Assembly (NCBI GenBank): GCA_027624045.1
Contig: JAQBUE010000004.1
Coordinates: 1-60,303, forward strand
Direction: 5' to 3'
From: Acidobacteriota bacterium
GTDB lineage: Bacteria > Acidobacteriota > Terriglobia > Bryobacterales > UBA6623
DNA: 60,303 nt
Shown: positions 57,093 to 60,303 of the stretch, piece by piece
How positions within the stretch are numbered: the stretch's first letter is position 1
How the letters are laid out: each line of letters starts with the position of its first letter
The notes under the pieces: generated by a model
What the model was told of the DNA's origin: nothing
Database searches by the model: none
The model's input: the letters and a program-made list of their open reading frames with translations, nothing else
Made by a program: the position numbers and the translations under genes

Positions 57093-58256
57093 ATGCATAT
57101 TCGTAAACTTCGTCTCTTGACTCCGGGGCCCACGCCCCTCTATCCACCGGCTGTTCGCGCTATGGCCGGCGCGGATATTCATCACCGCACCGAAGACTTC
57201 CGGGCGCTCTACTCGGGCGTACTCGAAGGTCTGAAGTACTTCATGGGCACCACCAACGATGTGATGGTCTTCACCTCGTCGGGCACCGGTGCGATGGAGA
57301 GCGCGATTTCGAACCTCTTTTCAGCCGGCGACAAGGCGCTGGTCGTGTGCGCCGGCAAGTTCGGTGAACGCTGGACGGAGATGACTCGGGCTTTCGGACT
57401 CCAAGTCCAGGTGCTCGAAGCGCCCTATGGCGATGCCGTCACACCCGAACGCGTTGCCGAGGCTTTGCAGACTGATCCCGGCATTCGCGGCGTCTTCGTC
57501 CAGGCCACGGAAAGCTCAACCGGTGTTTCTCACGACATCGAAGCGATGGCGCGGGCCGTCAAAGGGACGGATGCGCTGCTGATCGTCGATGCCATCACCG
57601 GTCTTGGCACGAGTCATCTCGATATCGACGGCTGGGGCCTTGATGTCGTCATCGGGGGTTCTCAAAAGGCGGCGATGATTCCGCCGGGGCTGGCCTTTCT
57701 GTCACTGAGTCCGAAAGCCTGGGAACGGGCCGAACCGCGGCGCTCGGGCTATTTCTATTTCGACCTGCTCAAGCACAAGAAGGGCGGCGAAAAAGGCGAA
57801 TCTCCTTGGACCCCGGCGACTTCGCTACTGCTCGGCTTGGCCGAGACGCTCCGCTACATCCGCGAGCTGGGCCGGGAAAACTTGATCGAAAACGCTCAAC
57901 TGCTCGCCAAGGCGACCCGCGAAGCCGCCGTGGCACTCGATTTAGAGTTATTCGCGAAGGGCATTCCAGCCGCGGCTGTAACGTCGATTCGCGCCCCGAA
58001 CGGTGTCAGCTCAAACGATATCGTTAAGCAGTTCAAGACACGCTTCGGCTCGATCATCGCCAATGGACAAGGATCGATGAAGGGCGAGATCTTCCGTATT
58101 GCCCACCTCGGCTATTTCGACTTCGCTGACCTGTTCGGAGTGATCGCCGAGCTTGAGATCATCCTGCACTCACTCGGCCAGAAGGTGGAATTCGGCCAGG
58201 GCGTCCGGCGCGTGCAGCAGGTATACGTCGAAGCCGCGGGTTCGCAAGGTTCGTAA
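57093..58256 (+). CDS. Class V aminotransferase (alanine-glyoxylate/serine-pyruvate family)
   Basis: LLTPGPT, SGTGAME, ESSTG, VDAIT, GSQK, FRIAHLG. Confidence 0.93.
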   Translation: MHIRKLRLLTPGPTPLYPPAVRAMAGADIHHRTEDFRALYSGVLEGLKYFMGTTNDVMVFTSSGTGAMESAISNLFSAGDKALVVCAGKFGERWTEMTRAFGLQVQVLEAPYGDAVTPERVAEALQTDPGIRGVFVQATESSTGVSHDIEAMARAVKGTDALLIVDAITGLGTSHLDIDGWGLDVVIGGSQKAAMIPPGLAFLSLSPKAWERAEPRRSGYFYFDLLKHKKGGEKGESPWTPATSLLLGLAETLRYIRELGRENLIENAQLLAKATREAAVALDLELFAKGIPAAAVTSIRAPNGVSSNDIVKQFKTRFGSIIANGQGSMKGEIFRIAHLGYFDFADLFGVIAELEIILHSLGQKVEFGQGVRRVQQVYVEAAGSQGS

Positions 58257-58448
58257 ACCTAACCAGCCCGGCGGCAATCATCGCACCACTACACACCGCC
58301 TTACGAAATCGCAGATTGGGGCTGCGTGGGTAGTTTCCTAATACGGTTCTGCAACATTCACAGCACGATCAGGGTCACGCCTGCGATGGAGTCCAAGCTG
58401 ACCGATCACATCTGAACGATTGAAGAACTCATAAATGACTGAAAATAC

Positions 58449-58477
58449 TTGATTTGCGCTACCTTTTAGTATATAAT
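58449..58477 (+). promoter_or_regulatory. Putative sigma70 promoter of the Panacea operon
   Basis: TTGATT-17 bp-TATAAT in an AT-rich patch, followed by a GGAGG RBS. Confidence 0.6.
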
Positions 58478-58494
58478 AATACCGGGAGGGAGCT

Positions 58495-58956
58495 ATGCTA
58501 GTCCACGTGGGGCACGAGTCTTCCAGGGTCGCGAACTACGTACTCTGGCACTCACAAAAAGATCCCGTAACACCGATGCAGCTTCTCAAGCTGGCCTACC
58601 TCTGCCATGGGTGGATGCTTGGACTGTGCGGAAGACCACTACTCAGCGACCGTGTAGAAGCATGGCAGTACGGCCCGGTCGTCCCGAAAATTTACCATCA
58701 ATTTAAGAAGTATAAGGGGGCCTTCATCTCCGAGGTACCAGGTGTCAAGCCGTCAGGATTTTCCCCTGACGAGGAGAGCATCATGGATCAGGTGTGGGAG
58801 CAGTACGGTCACCTTACAGGCCCGCAGCTTTCAACGCTGACCCACCAGTCGGGCACGCCGTGGGATATCACTATTCGTGTCCGTGGGCAGGGCTCCACAA
58901 TACCCAACGATCTCATCGAGCAGCACTATCGAGCATTGACGGAAGCACGGACTTGA
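58495..58956 (+). CDS. Panacea/SocA-like (DUF4065) antitoxin
   Basis: VANY, TPMQLLKLAY, EAWQYGPVVP, YG....LSTLTH...PW, I....I..HY. Confidence 0.9.
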   Translation: MLVHVGHESSRVANYVLWHSQKDPVTPMQLLKLAYLCHGWMLGLCGRPLLSDRVEAWQYGPVVPKIYHQFKKYKGAFISEVPGVKPSGFSPDEESIMDQVWEQYGHLTGPQLSTLTHQSGTPWDITIRVRGQGSTIPNDLIEQHYRALTEART

Positions 58957-58960
58957 TTCA

Positions 58961-59302
58961 GTGGAGCCTGGCAAGAGGGTACGAGCGGAGGCCCCACCAG
59001 AGGCCAGCGAGCAGTCGAACCTTGAAGCTATCGCGATTGCCGGTAACAAACTTAAGCAGTACCGGCGGGATAACACCGTCAAGACACATCTTCATTGCGC
59101 GACCATCCTTGGGTTCTGGGCGTTCGTTTTGGGAGTGCTGGGTATCGGGCTCGTCTGGTTCTGGCATCTTGTTACGCCTGAGTGCTGGCACTATCTTTCG
59201 CAATCCCAAGAAGGCGAAATCAAGACTATCCTTGTCACTGCTATTACTTCCGCCGCGATGACACGCGCGGCCAAGAAGCTCTTTGGCGGCCAAGACGACT
59301 AG
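58961..59302 (+). CDS. Small hypothetical membrane protein, candidate partner (toxin) of the Panacea protein
   Basis: Starts 4 nt after the Panacea stop; one long TM helix, WHLVTP..WHYL, then a second hydrophobic segment. Confidence 0.6.
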   Translation: MEPGKRVRAEAPPEASEQSNLEAIAIAGNKLKQYRRDNTVKTHLHCATILGFWAFVLGVLGIGLVWFWHLVTPECWHYLSQSQEGEIKTILVTAITSAAMTRAAKKLFGGQDD

Positions 59303-59515
59303 CAACCCAGATTTAGGACCCACACACTGTTAGGACACTACCGCTGCGTGTTGACAGCCCAAAGCCAGTGGGAGTAGTCTCACTATGCATCTGATTTTTT
59401 CGGATGCTGTCTATTCACAAACCTGCTCAGGGCGAAGTCGCCTGGCCGAGTTCCGAAACCCCGCCGGTTCTCGGGCCCGTTGTGGCTTCGCGACGAACCA
59501 TGAAGGGGCGCTTCG

Positions 59516-60298
59516 ATGAAGAAATATCTACTCGCCATTGTTCTGTTGACGGTTCCGCTCACTCTGCCGGCTCAGCCGGTTGAGTTTACGATTGAAACGG
59601 TGGCGGGAATCGTCGGAATCGGCGATAGCGGTCCCGTCCCTGAGGTGCTGCTGTTCGATCCGCAAGGTGTCGCCCTCGATAGCGATGGAAACCTCTTTGT
59701 TGCCGACCGCTCGCACAACCGCATCCGCAGAATCAAGATAACGGCCACAACCGTCGCCGGAAGTGGCGTCGCGGGGAACTCGGGCGATGGCGGACAAGCG
59801 CAGGTGGCGAGGCTCAATGGCCCATCGGACGTATTCGTCGATGAGCTGAATAATATCTATGTCGCCGATACGAATAACCACAAAGTAAGAAGGGTCACTC
59901 CGTCCGGAGGTATCACGACGATCGCGGGAACGGGCGTCGCGGGCTCGGCCGGGGATGGCGGACTGGCTGTGAACGCCCAATTGGGCCGGATCGAGGGGGT
60001 CGCGCGTGACGCCGCGGGCAACCTCTACATCGCGGATACGTCGAACCACCGCATTCGCAAGGTTGACAAGGACGGCGTAATCACGACGCTAGCGGGGACG
60101 GGAACCGCGGGCTTCAGCGGCGATGGAGGAGCGGCGGCGGCGGCGCAACTGGATTCACCTGTGGGTGTGACGATTGGGCGGGCTGGCACACCCCATGCCG
60201 GGGCGGTGCTGTTCGCAGATTTCGGAAATCACAGGGTAGCATTTTCCAATCCAAGAATGATCCTGAAATGCGGTAGGTCGAGGCCGGGGACGAAATAG
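59516..60298 (+). pseudogene. Secreted NHL-repeat protein, apparently truncated at about 60237
   Basis: Signal peptide; repeats P.GVA.D..GNL..AD..N.RIR and GDGG.A..A.L; the last repeat breaks after GNHRV. Confidence 0.75.
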
Positions 60299-60303
60299 GG
60301 TGT
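60238..60303. mobile_element. Probable terminus of an IS-like element extending beyond the window
   Basis: AGCATTTTCCAATCCAAGAATGATCCTGAAA is an inverted near-copy of 26-55 and begins where NHL homology ends. Confidence 0.55.

Noticed and set aside
59340-59515. Possible riboswitch in the NHL gene leader
   Set aside because: Short hairpins are present but no aptamer consensus was recognised; would need an Infernal/Rfam search.

Overview
A 60.3 kb GC-rich bacterial chromosomal segment. The gene complement (NHL-repeat, PQQ/cytochrome c pair, carboxypeptidase-regulatory-like, Uma2 and many secreted hydrolase genes) is most consistent with Acidobacteriota; this taxon call is inference. Most of the window is housekeeping or metabolic: groES, purE, mutS2, gatC-gatA, arsC, aminotransferases and amidohydrolases. 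The standout is a defence/toxin-antitoxin island at about 9.4-16.3 kb. It holds darT-darG; a 726-aa GNAT-PIN-(GNAT-like)-EVE/PUA-like protein translationally coupled to an ASCH protein; higBA; two REP-associated tyrosine transposase (RAYT) remnants; and a 52-bp perfect direct repeat that duplicates the higA 3' end and brackets the GNAT-PIN/ASCH cassette. Other notable items: five tandem secreted COG3964-like amidohydrolase paralogues, a Panacea (SocA/DUF4065) antitoxin with an unknown membrane partner, a PAS histidine kinase split by one in-frame TGA, a truncated ttcA, and related IS-like terminal sequences in inverted orientation at both window ends, the right one truncating an NHL-repeat gene. 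No rRNA, tRNA or CRISPR array was recognised. All calls come from reading motifs by eye; no database searches were run.
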